Notes: a model not told the origin generated them from the letters alone. Positions 1 through 14,060 are shown, counted from the stretch's first letter. The stretch is DNA of 64,000 bases from Flaccisagitta enflata (GCA_965153355.1 OZ231126.1:806001-870000), one strand, 5' to 3'. Program-made: numbers and translations.

Positions 1-283
1 ATGAGTGCAATCTGGTACCTGTAGCTTTTTTTGTTTAGAAATGACAAGCAAAATAGTGAAAACAGTTGTTTTGAAATTTGTGAAATAAGTTATGAGGTAG
101 GATTGAAAGTGAATTAGAGACACCTTCAATCTAAATTATCACGGCCTCTGGATAGGCTAGAGAGTTAAAAAAAAAAAGCAAATTAATCTATGTCAAAAAA
201 TCTATAAGATGAGCGCAATCTGGTTACCGTAGCTTTAGCCAATTTGAAATGACAAGCAAAAAAAGCATCGTCTTTGAAATAAT

Positions 284-579
284 CAGGGGTGTATATTCTT
301 GAGTCGCTTTTGATTTTTTTCCCCCCTCCTGTCTTTGATTTTTTCCCCGTTTTTATACACATGATTTTCTTCCCCATACAGCAATAAAACTAGGTAGATA
401 AGGTTTAAATAGTGTTAAATTGTGTTTTATGATTTGGTACTGTAAAAAGTTATACTTTCCCCAAATTTCCTTTTTTTTCTTTTTTTTCCGCCTTTGATTT
501 CCTTCCCCATCTCCAGACCCTTTGATTTCCCCCCCCCCCACCGGGAGGGGGGGGGGAAACTCAAGAATATACAGGCCTG
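284..579. mobile_element. hAT-type MITE
   Basis: 21-bp TIRs (CAGGGGTGTATATTCTTGAGT vs rc CAGGCCTGTATATTCTTGAGT) with perfect 8-bp TSD GAAATAAT at 276-283 and 580-587; related copy at 40256-40532. Confidence 0.85.
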
Positions 580-2639
580 GAAATAATAAGTCTATAAGAG
601 TCTAACAAAAGCAGTAGAACAATAGTATGATTTTATGAAAAAAAAATGGTTTACAAATTGCCTCCCAAAGGTAAAACCGGATAAGTAAGTAAGTAGTCAA
701 GTAGTCAAGTATGGTTTAGTAACATTTTTAACACCCCTCAAGATAACACATCACCAGTCAATACCCCTCCCAACTCCTTAATTCCCTCCTTTTCCCAACC
801 ATTACCTGACATTATCCCTCAGAGATTCACCACTCTTAGCCAATAACTTTTTAGCTAGCTCAATATAATAAATTCAGATGTTATTATGTAGCCTGAATTT
901 ATTATATTGCTTTCATCTAGATGCTATTATGTAGCCTAGCTCTGAAAGGTTAACACCATTCCCCTCCCTCCTTAGAGTTAGTAAAATAGATTAATTCAAA
1001 ATAGTTAACTAACTAGAAATTAGCTAAATATTTTGAATTTTGCACTTCTGTATGGGTGGGAATTCGGAGGTCTGAACATTCTCCTTTAGAGACTGACATG
1101 CATAATTTAAATCTAACCAAGTTTGATTTAGTCTGATTTAATTCTAATTTTGTTTCAAATTTGTCAGATTTGATTTGGTTCATCTTAATTCAATTTATTT
1201 TATTGATCTATGATAATTGTTTTTATAATTCTAAACATAAACTGATAGTCATTTTGACTATCTCTTCTATCTTATTTTTCCATTGCTCTCTCTCTTTTTT
1301 CTTGCCAGTATGATACTTGATGTACTCATGTGTCTGTTTGCCCTCTTATTGGTCAATTTTTCATCCCTTCCACTTAATCCTCTTACTTTCACCTTTCTTC
1401 TCTCTGTGGTCACCTGTTTTATGGTCACTGAGGGCTTCAGTTGATGTTTACTTTTCAGAGCCTTCTTTTGAGGGTTCATTCTTTCCTTTCCACCATTTCT
1501 CTTACTTTTCCAAGCTTTTTGCTCTCTAATTTTCACACTTAGTTTTCATTCTGTTATCCTCATGTACATTTTTGCTTTCACTGTAACTTTTCATTTCGTC
1601 TTTCATTTTCACTGTAACATTTCTTTTTCCTTTTTTCTTTGTTAATAATGGAAGGGATGCTTACCTTCATATTGGTTATTCATCAATTGGCATTTGTCAA
1701 TTGATGAATGATAGGTATGATATGTAGAGCTCTTTTCAAAAATTTTTACCAGAGATAAATTGGGGATGGAAGCTTTAACCCAGCCTTATTTTTTAAGACG
1801 GTCCACAGCCCGCTCTGGTTAGGCCTGTCTATTTTAATTTTTCCTCCTTTCAAACTAAACCTTTTACTTTCATCTTGTTATATTTCTTCTCTTTCACTTT
1901 CCTCTTGTTAAGTTTCTTCTCTATCTGAACTTTTATCTTTCCTACTTCTATTAACCACAGATAATATGTTATGTGAAATACTAGTACTATCAGTAGAATG
2001 TTTTATGTGATGTAAAGATGGGAAATCAAACAATTCCTCTGTTGGTTCTATATTTATTTCCTAGGTAGTACATGTAGTGGTTAACCCATAGGCCAAAACA
2101 TAGAATGTTGAAAAATCCAAGGATCTCATTTGCATATTGTGGTCAGATCGCGCGCAACTAGACCAACGAATATTACACTAAATTGATGGACTGTGTTGGT
2201 AGGTGGAGTGGGATAAAGTGGTGTTTGGTGTTTCTTCCCCATCAGGGTGGGATTTGGTGGACTCTGTACCCATTGCAACTACCCTTAAAATTTCTGAAAG
2301 AAATTTCCCTTTCCAATATTGATTATACGACTTGTTAAAAGTTAGAAAAAGGTCAAAAATTCCTCTCCAAGCTTGAGACATGTAGATCACAAGAATACAT
2401 ATGGCTAGCCGAAGGAGACCATACCTCTCTAGTTACCTATTCATATAGCAAGCAACTGAAACTCTCTTCTTCCTGAAATCACACTCTCAAAATATCTTAT
2501 GTCAACTAAGCAGCCTTGATATGTTTCGACTTTGTTTCGAATCGGTATTTGGGCAGAATTTTCGGGTTGGGTTGAAATGGTCAGTTTTTCGAATTTCGAG
2601 ACGTCCTGAGGTATATCAGGTCTGAGAAGATGATTAGAG

Positions 2640-3066
2640 GTCATTAAAGGCGGTTTTGAAGCCTGGAGGGCAGAATTAGGTTCTAAAGAGTAGATTTGAG
2701 GTTTGAGGGGCAGGCTTGAGGGGCAGGCTTGAGGCTCAGAGGACAAATTTGAGGCCTAAAGAGCTGATATGGGGCCTGGAGGATGGATTTGGGGTATGGA
2801 GGGCTAATTTGAGGTCTGGAGGGCAGATATGAGGTCTGGAGAGCAGATTTAAGGTCTCAAGGGCTAAATTGAGGTTTGAAAGGGCTATTCAGCCTATTCT
2901 GATGGCTCAGAGGGCCAAAATCAGGCCTGAGAGGGCAAAATTGAGGCCCCCAATGGCCAAGGGGGAGGGACGGAAGGACAGACGGAAGGACGGAAGGACG
3001 GACGTCTCAAAATTCCCCCCTGTGTCCTACAGGACATCGGCCCTTTGGGGCCGCTGCCCAAAAAGG
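2640..3066 (-). mobile_element. Helentron-associated element, family B (partial), with degenerate ~21-bp internal tandem repeats
   Basis: Ends in TGTGTCCTACAGGACATCGGCCCTTTGGGGCCGCTGCCC-AAAAA, shared with 33133-33706 and 42362-42898; GACG microsatellite. Confidence 0.6.
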
Positions 3067-3120
3067 ACAAAATGGTGAGGGAGAGAGCGGCAGGAAGAGG
3101 AAGAGGATAAGGAAGAGAAA

Positions 3121-3291
3121 CAAGGCCGGATACACGGCCACCAGTTGGGGACGGGTGGGCAAAGCGAATATGCGCATTTACCCACTTTTCGACTCGTGTC
3201 CACGGACCGACCAACCAACCAACCGACCGACCGACCGACCGACCGACCAACCGATGGACAAAGCCTCTTATAGAGTTGCGTGTCTGCAACT
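3121..3291 (-). mobile_element. HINE/DINE-1-like element, family A (representative; >20 copies, e.g. 3472-3630, 6221-6395, 7244-7499, 9566-9765, 10217-10353, 10686-10849, 12173-12325, 17115-17325, 18478-18714, 33736-33910, 33990-34189, 47492-47675, 54577-54747)
   Basis: Read on its sense strand: T-run, palindromic subTIR (AGTCGCGTGCACGCGACT or AGTTGCGGACACGCAACT), GTCY-type microsatellite, second subTIR, 3' hairpin GCCGTGTATCCGGC, CTTG, T-run. This matches the described Helentron/HINE architecture. Confidence 0.8.
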
Positions 3292-4440
3292 AAAAAGATA
3301 GTGGAATCGATCGGTACCATTGTGCATCATTATTAATGGCATTATTGTAGCTCATTTTCTCATAACGTATCGGCTTTTTGTTTCGAGCAGGCGAAAAAAG
3401 GCATCACTGTCTTGTCCACCGGATGGACGAAGAAATAGGTTATATCGATTGAATTCGACCACCCCTTCAAACAAGGCCGGATACACGGCAATCCAGTCGC
3501 GGACGGTTGGGCAGGAGCAGTAATGCAAAAACCGCTCGGAATTCAAAAATGTGACGGACTGACAGATGGACGGACGGACGGACCTACCAACCTACCGACG
3601 GACAAGGTGTAGAGTTGCGTGTCCGCGACTAAAAACCTTTTTGAAGCCGCTTAATGCCAACCGTAAATTCTTAAACTTCTGTAGTATTCAATCCCAATTG
3701 TTACTATAAAGAAATGTTATGATAGATTGAGAGTGTTTGAATGACAAAATGGGAACAACTAAGCATTGGGGGGGTCAGTATCAACCAAGTTTGGAAATGC
3801 CAATCGGACATATGACCAGGCCATGCACGATTACAAATCAACTTAATAACCAGAAGAAAAAGTTCATGAGACTTCATTATTTACAGTCGTGCCAACCCTA
3901 CCTTTCCCATAGTAAAGTATGGGAGCTTCCTCTTCCTCCTCCTTCTCCCTATTCATTACAATGTAAATATAGGCTGTGGCACGACTGTAAATGATATGAT
4001 GCGACCCCATTTTCCTTTTACATGCGTTTGTATATCAAAATTGTGCACACATTAGCCATATATCCAAGTGGAATTTCCAAAGTTGGTTGATACCGACCCC
4101 CCCACTAAGCATACATATGGATACATTGTGAAAGGAGTTGATACCTTTTTGTATGTTGGGTTCGTATCTGTAGATACAAAAGAGACTAACTGTGCCAAAA
4201 CAAAGCGGGAAAATGCCGACGCAGAACACAAAAATGCCGAAGATTCCAAAGATAATGTCGATCACCGACAGACAGACGACGTGACGATGGAATCGCTGCA
4301 AAACGATAGGACAAGTAGATCGGAAATAAAATTGAATTTCAAATCCAAGGATATTGACTACATTTCTACCCCTCGCAGCAAAATGTTCTAACGAGTGATT
4401 TGTCTGTCCATCAAGATACTGACGGTTGCATGGTTATGTC

Positions 4441-4745
4441 CATAAGTGTATGGCGCGGAATCTCAAAGTTTCAAGTCTGACAGAGCCTCAAGCCCGACAG
4501 GCGTTATAACCTATTTAATCTTTTCAAATCTTGAATTACACTCTCATGCAAGAAACAACAGCCTAAATTGTTAGAAAACCACAAATATTTTCTCATTCTT
4601 CCCCTGAATATGCATTTTCGCTCCTGTTTTCTTTTTCCTTCATTTTTTGCCTTTTTTTTTGCATGGGTTAAGTCCGACAGGGGTGTATGTCCGACAAGCA
4701 GGGACGTTGGCTGACGTCCCTGACGTCCCTCCCCGTAGACCCATG
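4441..4745. mobile_element. Putative hAT-type MITE
   Basis: 8-bp direct repeat GTTATGTC at 4433-4440 and 4746-4753; imperfect CAT...ATG TIRs; repeated GTCCGACA subterminal motifs. Confidence 0.55.
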
Positions 4746-5040
4746 GTTATGTCATTGCATTGGTCCCTTCCAACTGCAACTGTGTGTAATTATGTAATTA
4801 TGTAATTATGCCGTGATAAAACTAGTTATGTAGTTAGGTTATGATGTAGTTATGTAATGTTGTAGTTAGGATAAGTTAATTAACATAGAGCACGCAACTG
4901 TTGACCTGTAAAACTTGTTTTTTTTCTGCTCCTAAATCTCCTGTCAGGCCCATCTTGGTCCCGCTCTCCCTTAAATCTCTCTTCCAGCCCCCCCCCCCCC
5001 CCTGCATGTGTCTGAACATGTTGACTGCTTTAAGTGAGTA

Positions 5041-5632
5041 CTATCTTGGAAATAGAAATCTTTAAACATTGAAAATTAGTTCATTTACTGATGTGAAAAT
5101 GGATACGAACTTATTAGAAAGTCATTAATATTTAGTGTGAGGCCCTATTGACTGAACCACACCCGCCATTTGTCCGGGAAGGATTTTGAAGAGCTTTTTG
5201 AGGTTTTCTAGGGTAACGACTATCCAGACCATTCTCGTCATTTTCTTGATCCTTTTTCTTTACTACATTTAGACTTAAAGCTCGAAAGAGACTCAACAAG
5301 TCATAGAAAAATTAGTGACGTAAATGAAGCGCTTCAAATTTGCAAGCAGTCTACGCAAATTGCATCTGTCTATCTCAATGCGTTTAGAAGTAATTCAATA
5401 ATGAGTGAAACGATATCATTTGAAAATTTTGAAGAAATAGCAAAAGCAAAATTGAAATATTTCATTCAAAGTTAAATAACTTTTGAACGCATTGAGTTAA
5501 AGAGATGCTATTTGGGTAGACTGCTTGCAAATTTGAAGGGCTTCATTTTTGTCACTAATTTTTCAAAGATCAAGCTAATGTAACCAGAGATATTAGTTAA
5601 AACAAGTGTAAAGATTTCTATTTCCAAGATAG
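5041..5632. mobile_element. TA-flanked MITE containing a second inverted-repeat element (5306-5564)
   Basis: 24-bp perfect TIR CTATCTTGGAAATAGAAATCTTTA, TA on both sides; inner ~85-bp imperfect inverted repeat. Confidence 0.7.
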
Positions 5633-5643
5633 TAGTTTCTTAC

Positions 5644-5814
5644 ATGCGCTTTGAATTCCATGTTCGGGTCGTTGGAGCTCACATTCCAGTTTCCAATATT
5701 GAAGTGGTACATAGGCTCCGCTCTTGAGTTGGCGTTTTTGTTGTAAACGCAGTTAGGCGCCCCACAGCCGATTGGCGTCGGAGCCGAGGTCACGACAGAA
5801 GAGGCCTCGTCATC
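5644..5814 (-). CDS. Candidate internal exon (57 codons, phase 0-0) of an unidentified gene
   Basis: CAG acceptor, GTAAGA donor, open non-repetitive frame DDEASSVVTSAPTPIGCGAPNCVYNK...MEFKAH, GC-richer than flanks. Confidence 0.5.
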
Positions 5815-6479
5815 CTGTTTGGAAATTGGAAAACAGCCTAAGCTACGAAATCGCGACATGATAAACAAACAGTGATGTAAACGGCGAAATCTTTCTTCTC
5901 TGTTTTCAGATGCGTCCTTCCTGTAAGAAGGTTTCACCATTTGCCCGTCTTTTCTTTTCGCTGATATACTTTACTAAGATGGTATAACGACGATGACTTT
6001 GACGATGAAACAAACGATAACAACAATGGCGATGATATAGCCAAATCAATACTCTGCATTTTGCTAATTGCTATACATGTATATGATATATCATCATCAC
6101 AGTCGTTGTCGTCGTCATCGTCATTTTACCATCTTGGAAAAAAATTTTTCCGTTTTAAAACACTCATTTCTTTGACTAAGAACCTTGCTTAAAAGAACAT
6201 TGAGGCTCAGAAGAGGAAAACAAGGCCAGATACACGGCTACCGAAGTCGTGTGTGGGTGGGCAGGAGCAGCAATGAATAAGGATAACTCAAGCATTTGTG
6301 TAGGAGCGTCAAAAAAAGCCAAAAAAAGCTAACAGCGACCGACCGACGGACCGACTGACAGACATAGCGGGTTGTAGAGTCGCGTGCACGCAACTAAAAA
6401 TAAGAACATTCATAAAAACATTGCCAGCTTTAAAACCAGGGGAATTTAAAAAACTTCTGAACATTATTCATCGCTTTTA

Positions 6480-7079
6480 CAGGGTCATCCACCTGAGTTG
6501 TCGGATTCTGTTAAGCTTTTACTCTCTGATGCCAAGAGACATGGATTTAAAATTAATCAAGTCTTGAAGAGTATAGATTGACATTTTTTGTATCAAAATT
6601 TCAGCTATTTTGGTCAAGTAGTTTGTCTTTTATTTCGATTTGAACTGACTTGAGTATTTCCCCATTTAACAGATTTTCCATCTAAAATCAAGAATTCTGC
6701 TTGCCTTCATTTTCATTTTTTTAAATATTCATGTCAAAGAGGCAAGATTGATCTCAAATGACAAATAAGCTGACAAACGTTCTAAACTACGACAAAAACA
6801 TCACTGATTCAAGCCTTTTTAGGCTTGTTGATTCAAAAAAAATTGTGATGTTAACCTGCATAATTCTTGGAATTTATTGGAAAATCTCACCAGTCCTGAA
6901 ATAAAAGCTTTAAGTTCAAATCCATGTAGAAGACACACTACTTGACCAAAATGGATGAAATTTTGATACAAAAAATGTCAATCTATACTCTTCAACATTT
7001 GATTAATTTCAAATCCATGTCTCTTGGCATTAGAGAGTAAAAGCTTAACAGAATCCGACAACTCAGGTGGATGACCCTG
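6480..7079. mobile_element. Tc1/mariner-type MITE, 600 bp
   Basis: ~140-bp TIRs starting CAGGGTCATCC, TA at 6478-6479 and 7080-7081. Confidence 0.85.
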
Positions 7080-8105
7080 TAAGAACAATTCCTTGTGGAA
7101 CACAGTTTACAAGGACAAGAAATTCAAGTAGGACTGCAATTGCAATACTTGACTTCAATCTGCACTGCATCCTTAACACAATTTGATTTGTTTGAGATAA
7201 ACATCTTGGTTGATGTTCCTCGTCATGTCACAGTTGAAAATAACAAGGCCAACACCTATAAGTCGCGTGCGAGACTTACATTTTGAAAGGGCACTGTTGT
7301 TTCAACTTTCATTTAGAATGACTTAGAATAACTTAGAATGACTTAAAATGACTTAGAATGACTCATTAAACTCTTATATGACCCAAAATGGCCTAAAGAA
7401 ATAAAATTGATAAAATAAGTAAAAGCGTGAACGACCGACCAACCGACCGACCAATGGACGGACGGACAAAGCGGGGTATAGAGTTGCGTGCACGCGACTA
7501 AGAATCAGAAAGAAGAACATTCCAGTGAAAATTACAGTATATTTTTTTAGAATGCAACATAAGAAACCTATATATCCGCTTCTGAGCATCTTAGCAAGAT
7601 GCGGATTGCACCATTGGATAGAGCACGAAAAACTATTTTTTCAATGTTCTTTCTGAAATCATGATGCAATATAACATATCTCTACCACCAAGCCAGTAAA
7701 AACATTGCAGACTATGACATCTTTAACATCTCGAAATTGGCCGTCTGATTCTCCATTAAAAAAAAATGAGGAAGATCAGTTGATCAAAAAATTAGTGATA
7801 AGTGCAGTAAATAGACGTTTTCTGCGCGCCTTGAGTACTTAACTTATAGAGAGAAATTCTGCATCTTTTGTCTAGATTTGTTTGACCCATCAAAGTGGAC
7901 ATAAGCCTACAGCGCTACAGCTATGATTTGACACATGAGTTCATGCATTTGTCTCATTTTAAGCCCTCATTCTTAAAGGACTTTGATAATGTAAAAAACA
8001 TATGAAAAACAATGTTTCCCGGACTTTTAAAAAACTTGAGGTCTTCAACTGCAATGATATTTGAATTTTTTTTTGTGGATCATCATCCATGTGTGACACA
8101 ACTAA

Positions 8106-9565
8106 AAAAATCAAGAAAGGAGCATTGATGGACACTCCAACCCTTTTTCTCACCAAATTTATGAGAGAGAGCGCTTTTCTTAAACATTTACTTTCATATG
8201 CTGGCTTACCACTAGTGAGGGGAAGTTTCACTGAAAATGGGACATATTGAGGTACAATTAAGCTTGGTTGCTGAGGTTTTTTTATAAATTTCTCTCAGAA
8301 ATGAAAAAAACAGTGTAAAAGGTCTTAAAATCATTTCAGAGGTTGACTGCATCCTTTAAAGGAAAAGACGATTATTCAAAAATGTTTTTTTCATGAAATA
8401 TTTGACATAAGACGATAGGTCAAGCTGAAAAAAGACTAAAATGAAATTGTTGGGCCCTCTGACACAGATATTTGATCATAGAAAGATGAAAAACATGAAA
8501 AATTCAATTTTTGACAAATTTAATGTTTTTTTTACTTTGATTTTTTTCACGAAAACTAGCTAATATCAATCTAATTTTAAAAAACAAACCAAAATATGCA
8601 GAAAAAACTTGTTTTACATTAATTCCCTACAACTTAGATGAAGAAAAATCAATTTTCCAACAACTTGTGATAGGGGACCCCCTGTTTAAAGAGTGCAGTA
8701 AATAGACGTTTTCTGCGCGCCTTGACTACTTAACTTATAGAGAGAAATTCTGCATCTTCTGTCTAGATTTGTTCGACCCATCAAAGTGGATATATGATTT
8801 CACTCATGAGTTCATGCATTTGTCTGGTTTCAAGCCCTCATTCTTAAAGGACTTAGATATAAAATTAAATTGATAATGTGAAAAAACATTTGAAAAACAA
8901 TGTTTCCCCGACTTTTAAAAAACTTGAGGTCTTCAACTGCAATGATATTTGAATTTTTTGCTGTGGATCATCATTCATGTGTGATACAACTAAACAACAT
9001 AAGAAACCCATATATCTCCGCTCTTGAGCATTGTAGCAAGATGCGGATTGCACCATTCAATAGAGCACAAAAAAACTATTTTTTTTTTTGTTTTTTTTCT
9101 GACATGTTGGAATATGACGCATGTCCAGCAAAATGCCAGTAAAAACATTGACATCTCTCACATCAGGAAATTGGCTGTCTGATTATCCCAAAAAAAATGA
9201 GGAGGTTCAGAGGATTAAATGATTAACAATCAAGGGGCTTCCCTGTGATCTCCTGGACAGACTTTAGAAAATATTTGGGTCATGATTCAGTTGGCCTCAT
9301 GATCAGGATGCAGTCAACCTCTGAAACGATTTTAACACCCTTTACACTGTTTTTTTTCTTGAGAGAAATTTATAAAAAAACCTCAGCAACCAAGCTTAAG
9401 TATACCTCAATATGTCCCATTTTCAGTGAAACATGAAATTGAGCCACTTCCCCTCACTAGTGGTAAGCCAGCATATGAAAGTAAATGTTTAAGAGAAGCG
9501 CTCTTGCTCATAAATTTGGTGAAAAAAGGGTTGGAGTGTCCATCAATGCTCCTTTCTTGATTTTT
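8106..9565. mobile_element. Element with ~250-bp terminal inverted repeats
   Basis: 8106-8355 is a close reverse complement of 9305-9565; no clear TSD. Confidence 0.6.
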
Positions 9566-9770
9566 AGTCGCGTGCACGCGACTCTACAACCCGCTTTGTC
9601 CGTCGGTTGGTCGGTCGGGCGGTCGGTGGGTCGGTCGGTCAAACTTTACTTTTTTTTATGATTTTATTTCTTTGACCTCACTGCTCCTGCCAAAATGGTC
9701 TGGTGACCTCAAATATGGCCCCTGCCCACCCGCACGCAACTTCGGTAGCCGTGTATCCGGCCTTGTCGTA

Positions 9771-10176
9771 GAGGACGAGATTAGGTCGTTGAGGCCGAGA
9801 TTAGGTTGTTGAGGCCGAGATTAGGTCGTTGAGGCTGAGATTAGGTCGTTGAGGCCTAGATTAGGTCGTTGAGGCCGAGATTAGGTCGTTGAGGCCGAGA
9901 TTAGGTTGTTGAGGCCGAGATTAGGTCGTTCAGGCCGAGATTAGGTCCTTCAGGCCGAGATTAGGTCGTTCAGGCCAAGATTAGGTCCTTCAGGCTGAGA
10001 TTAGGTCGTTCAGGCCGAGATTAGGTCGTTCAGGCCGAGATTAGGTCGTTCAGGCCGAGATTAGGTCGTTCAGGCCAAGATTAGGTCGTTCAGGCCGAGA
10101 TTAGGTCGTTCAGGCCGAGATTAGGTTGTTCAGGCCAAGATTAGGTGTCTGAGGCCGAGATTAGGTCGTTGAGGCC
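9771..10176 (+). repeat. 20-bp minisatellite (GAGGCCGAGATTAGGTCGTT)n, ~20 units
   Basis: Direct tandem repeats without spacers. Confidence 0.95.
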
Positions 10177-10970
10177 ATCACATCTGGCGAAAATGTGACA
10201 CGCTTTCGTAAGTCAACAAGGCCGGATAAATGGCCAATTCCAGTCGAGCGGGTGGGCAGGGGCAGAAATGCGCATTTTCCCACATTTCGACTTGTGCTCA
10301 CCAACGGACGGACGGATGGTCAAAGCCTCTCATAGAGTCGCTAGTCCGCGACTAAAAACGTAACAATATCACATTTTTCACTCTGAAAAAAAAAAATTCA
10401 ATATGATTAGGTACCGCCAAAAGTTATTGCTTGATCGCCGTACAACTTACTCAGGATGAGTCAAGGAGTTGGATGGTCATTCATATAAAATTTCAGAAGA
10501 TTTCATATAATATTCTTAAATCTATACTATTTCTAAATTTTGAGGCAGGTAGGCTGGTTGGGGTGGTTTGACTTTTCTGAAACTTGACACCATGCTAGAC
10601 AAGGTCATCAGATTTTACCTTACAAAAAATCAAGGCAATCGGTCGATTCGTCTCTGAGTAATGGCCTTTTAAAGTTTAGATAGAACAAGGCCGGATACAC
10701 GGCCACCAGTTGCGGACGGGTGGGCAGGAGCGGAAATGTGCGTTTTCACACATTTCGACTCGTGCTCACCGACGGACCAACCGACCAACCGACCGACGGA
10801 CAGACGGACGGACGGACAAAGCCTCTTATAGAGTTGCGTGTCCGCAACTAAAAAGTCCCGATGATTTCAGTTCGCGATTTTGATCAATGCGCGGAACAAT
10901 TTGCTCGTTTCAGATCTGATTGTTGATCAGTAAGAATTGTTCAACCTTCGTTTCCCTGTCATAGCAGACT

Positions 10971-11043
10971 GGTAATTTGGCTAAATGGTTAAGTGGTTGA
11001 ACTTAATACGTATTGTTCTAGGTTCGATTCCCATGCGTTGTCC
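10971..11043 (+). ncRNA. tRNA-derived (Pol III promoter-like) segment inside a repeat
   Basis: A-box-like TGGCTAAATGG and B-box GGTTCGATTCC at tRNA spacing; stems degenerate; homolog at 59616-59689. Confidence 0.5.
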
Positions 11044-12524
11044 CTTTTTGAATTCAGACATTTCAGGTTATGAAGAAGAAGAGGGGTGAAGGGTAGGCAC
11101 GTGAAGGTAAATCAGTGGCAGCGAGGGTGTGCAAATGTCAAAGAACAGTAAAGAGACAAAAATTAAAAGCATATTTATCAGGAAACATTTGAATTAAATT
11201 CTGAGGCCGGCAAACGAAAAGTCCAATGTGTGCACTATGCTTTACCTGACACTGGACTTATGATTGGAAATACGATTGGAAACATACTACACTAGCCTAC
11301 AGAGGTTTAGTTCAAATCTGTCTAAACCAAGTTATACGGAATAAGTGACGCGGGATCACAATATCGTTGCGGACAGTTGGGCAGGGGCGGCCAACCCCCA
11401 TCCACACCCAACGCCCCACCTAACCCCCTTCCCAAGACAGACACATACACAAAAAACATCTAAAACGCTCATTTTCCCACTTCTCAACTCGTGCTGACGG
11501 ACGGACGGACAGTCGGACAGACGGACCGACAGACCGACGGACCGACAGACGGACCCCTCGTATGAGGGCGAATTTTAGAAGGAAAATTAAGTGTTTCACC
11601 ATACTTTTTGCATCACTATCAGCACAATAACGGTGGAGGAATGCTTTTAACGGACAAATTATTTTTAAAGCAACTTGGTGTGTACAAATTTATCATATTC
11701 TGACCTCAAAAGTTATTTAAACTATGCAACTCACATAAAAAAAGACAAGAAAATCAAGGTTTTGATGAAATCTTGCTTACATTTTTTTGTCTTTTCTTGC
11801 CGTTTAAATTCTCAGCAAAAAATTGTCGCCAGTTCTGAAAAACGATGTAAGCAAAAGTAGCTAAAAGTGGTACCCAGTTGCGCATTTTGTTTCTTATCGC
11901 ACTGTAATTCCAAAGATACCATTGGCTCAGGAAAAGTTCCAATATATGCGCGAACTTTCATTGAAACATTTCTTAAGCTCTTGTTTCAAGATAGAAACTC
12001 AAAACAGAAAAACAGTAAAATCTGGGACCTCAAAATTAAGCTGATTTACTGGCGACTCATGATTGCTGATGTAAGACTTTCAAATGCAGGGAAATTTTGC
12101 ATTTTCAAAAACATAGTTCTCTCCGTAATTGTTTTTGGAAGAGAACTATGTTTTATATTTTCTCATTTTTTTAGTTGCGGACACGCAACTCTATAAGAGG
12201 CTTTGTCCATCCGTCCGTCCGTTGGTCTGTCGGTCCGTGGTGATCGAGTTGGAAAGTGTGAAAACGCTCATTTCCGCCCCTGCCCACCCGTCCGCAACTG
12301 GTATTGGCCGTGTATCCGGCCTTGTTCATTTTCTATGCAATCCTAGAATTTAAATGGGCCCCCTGTCAGTGACCAAATATGAAATCAGGTTCTACTCAAG
12401 GGGCTCGTCGTTATGTGAACCTGGAATTCATTAGACTCGATTCCGCTTTGATGAGAGTCGAAATTCTCGTTTCTTATCTTGCCGCGTATTTCCGCTGTGA
12501 AAAGTAACCCGGGGTTACAATATA

Positions 12525-13209
12525 CACTTTTTTTTTTTATAAGCACGCACTTATTTTGGCTGAGGCTGAGCGTGCTTAGCAAAATCTCATTTTCGAGGCT
12601 GAGATGTGCTAAAATGCGTGCTTAATATTTATCGGTAAGTAATTATCCTATTCAGTATAGAATGAAGTACATAGTAGGGTATAGAAAACAGTCTAGCATA
12701 GAGTATTATATAGTAAAGAATAGAATAAGATATAGTACAAAATACATTATTGAATACTTTTTGTATACAAAACTATCCAGTATCTTTCAATGACGTCCTA
12801 GTTTCATATAAACTAAGGGATAGGATTAGTAACTTGATTTACTGTAAACTTTTTTCAGATTTTTAGAGTTATTTAATATCATGATATATTTTTCTTCTTT
12901 AGTGTTCCTTGTTACTGCAATAAATTCTTATTGACAATAATATTTAAGCAATAATATTCTTAAATGTTATTAGAGATTCAATTATTTTAATTGGAATCAA
13001 AATCCTGAATGTACTGATAAATTAATATCATTAAAAATTATAATTTGTATCAAAGTTTCCATTGGTTTTTGTGAATTTGTAAATTCACCAAAATTTTTTT
13101 TCAAATCAAAAATCTCAGCCTGGAGCATGCTTAGCAATGTGCTTAAATTTTCCCAATATCTGAGGCTGGGCGTGCTTATAAACGAGGTGCTTATAAAAAA
13201 AAATAAGTG
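12525..13209. mobile_element. TA-flanked MITE (CAC-T-run-ATAAGCAC termini); related element at ~45315-46198
   Basis: Inverted termini CACTTTTTTTTTTTATAAGCAC / GTGCTTATAAAAAAAATAAGTG, TA both sides. Confidence 0.65.
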
Positions 13210-13292
13210 TAGTGGTGGACTGGTGGACAGAGGCGTAAAACCCCCTTCTTTCTCTCCCTACACACAAACACACACACACATATACACGCAGT

Positions 13293-13462
<170 letters not shown>

Positions 13463-14060
13463 AAAGGCGAGTTTTCAGACTTTTTATCTAATTTTAGTGT
13501 CACAGAGGCAAGCGTCACAGGCAGACGGACGGAGGGTAGATAAACTCGTTTTTGTGCTTTATATCATATTGCCAATACCTAATGAATAGCTAATTGCACA
13601 ATGCACATGTACGGAGTCACAGAAATATGTGAACTAAACTAAACAGAAAGACGAACTCCTAACATATAAACCTTGCGATCGAAGCAAATTCTGGTTTTCT
13701 TGATGATCATCTTCGTCCTCAGATTCCGTAACGCGTACGACTGCATCTTCACTGTTGGTGTCGTTGTCGTTGTTATTTTTGTTGTTGTTGCTACTCTTTG
13801 TTATTTCTTCCATTTTTTTATCTTTTTCTTTCTCTCTTCGTGGGTTTTTTAAAGCGTGAAAGTTCAGAATTTGTTTTGCTAGTATTCATGAATTTCACCT
13901 CACCAGTGCACAAAATTAATGTATAGTCATTATCTCTATCGTTTCGTCGGGTTATCTATCGGTCCTCTGCAACTCAAATCAAAACAATTAAATCGTATAT
14001 AATTTATATTGGAAGTGACGTCTGTTTGACCATCTGTCGGTCTGGCCCAAGCGTGATTAC

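Noticed and set aside
1267-2390. Possible decayed retroelement ORF on minus strand
   Set aside because: Multiple stops and no recognisable motif
10971-11043. Functional tRNA gene
   Set aside because: Acceptor and anticodon stems do not pair well and it lies inside a dispersed repeat
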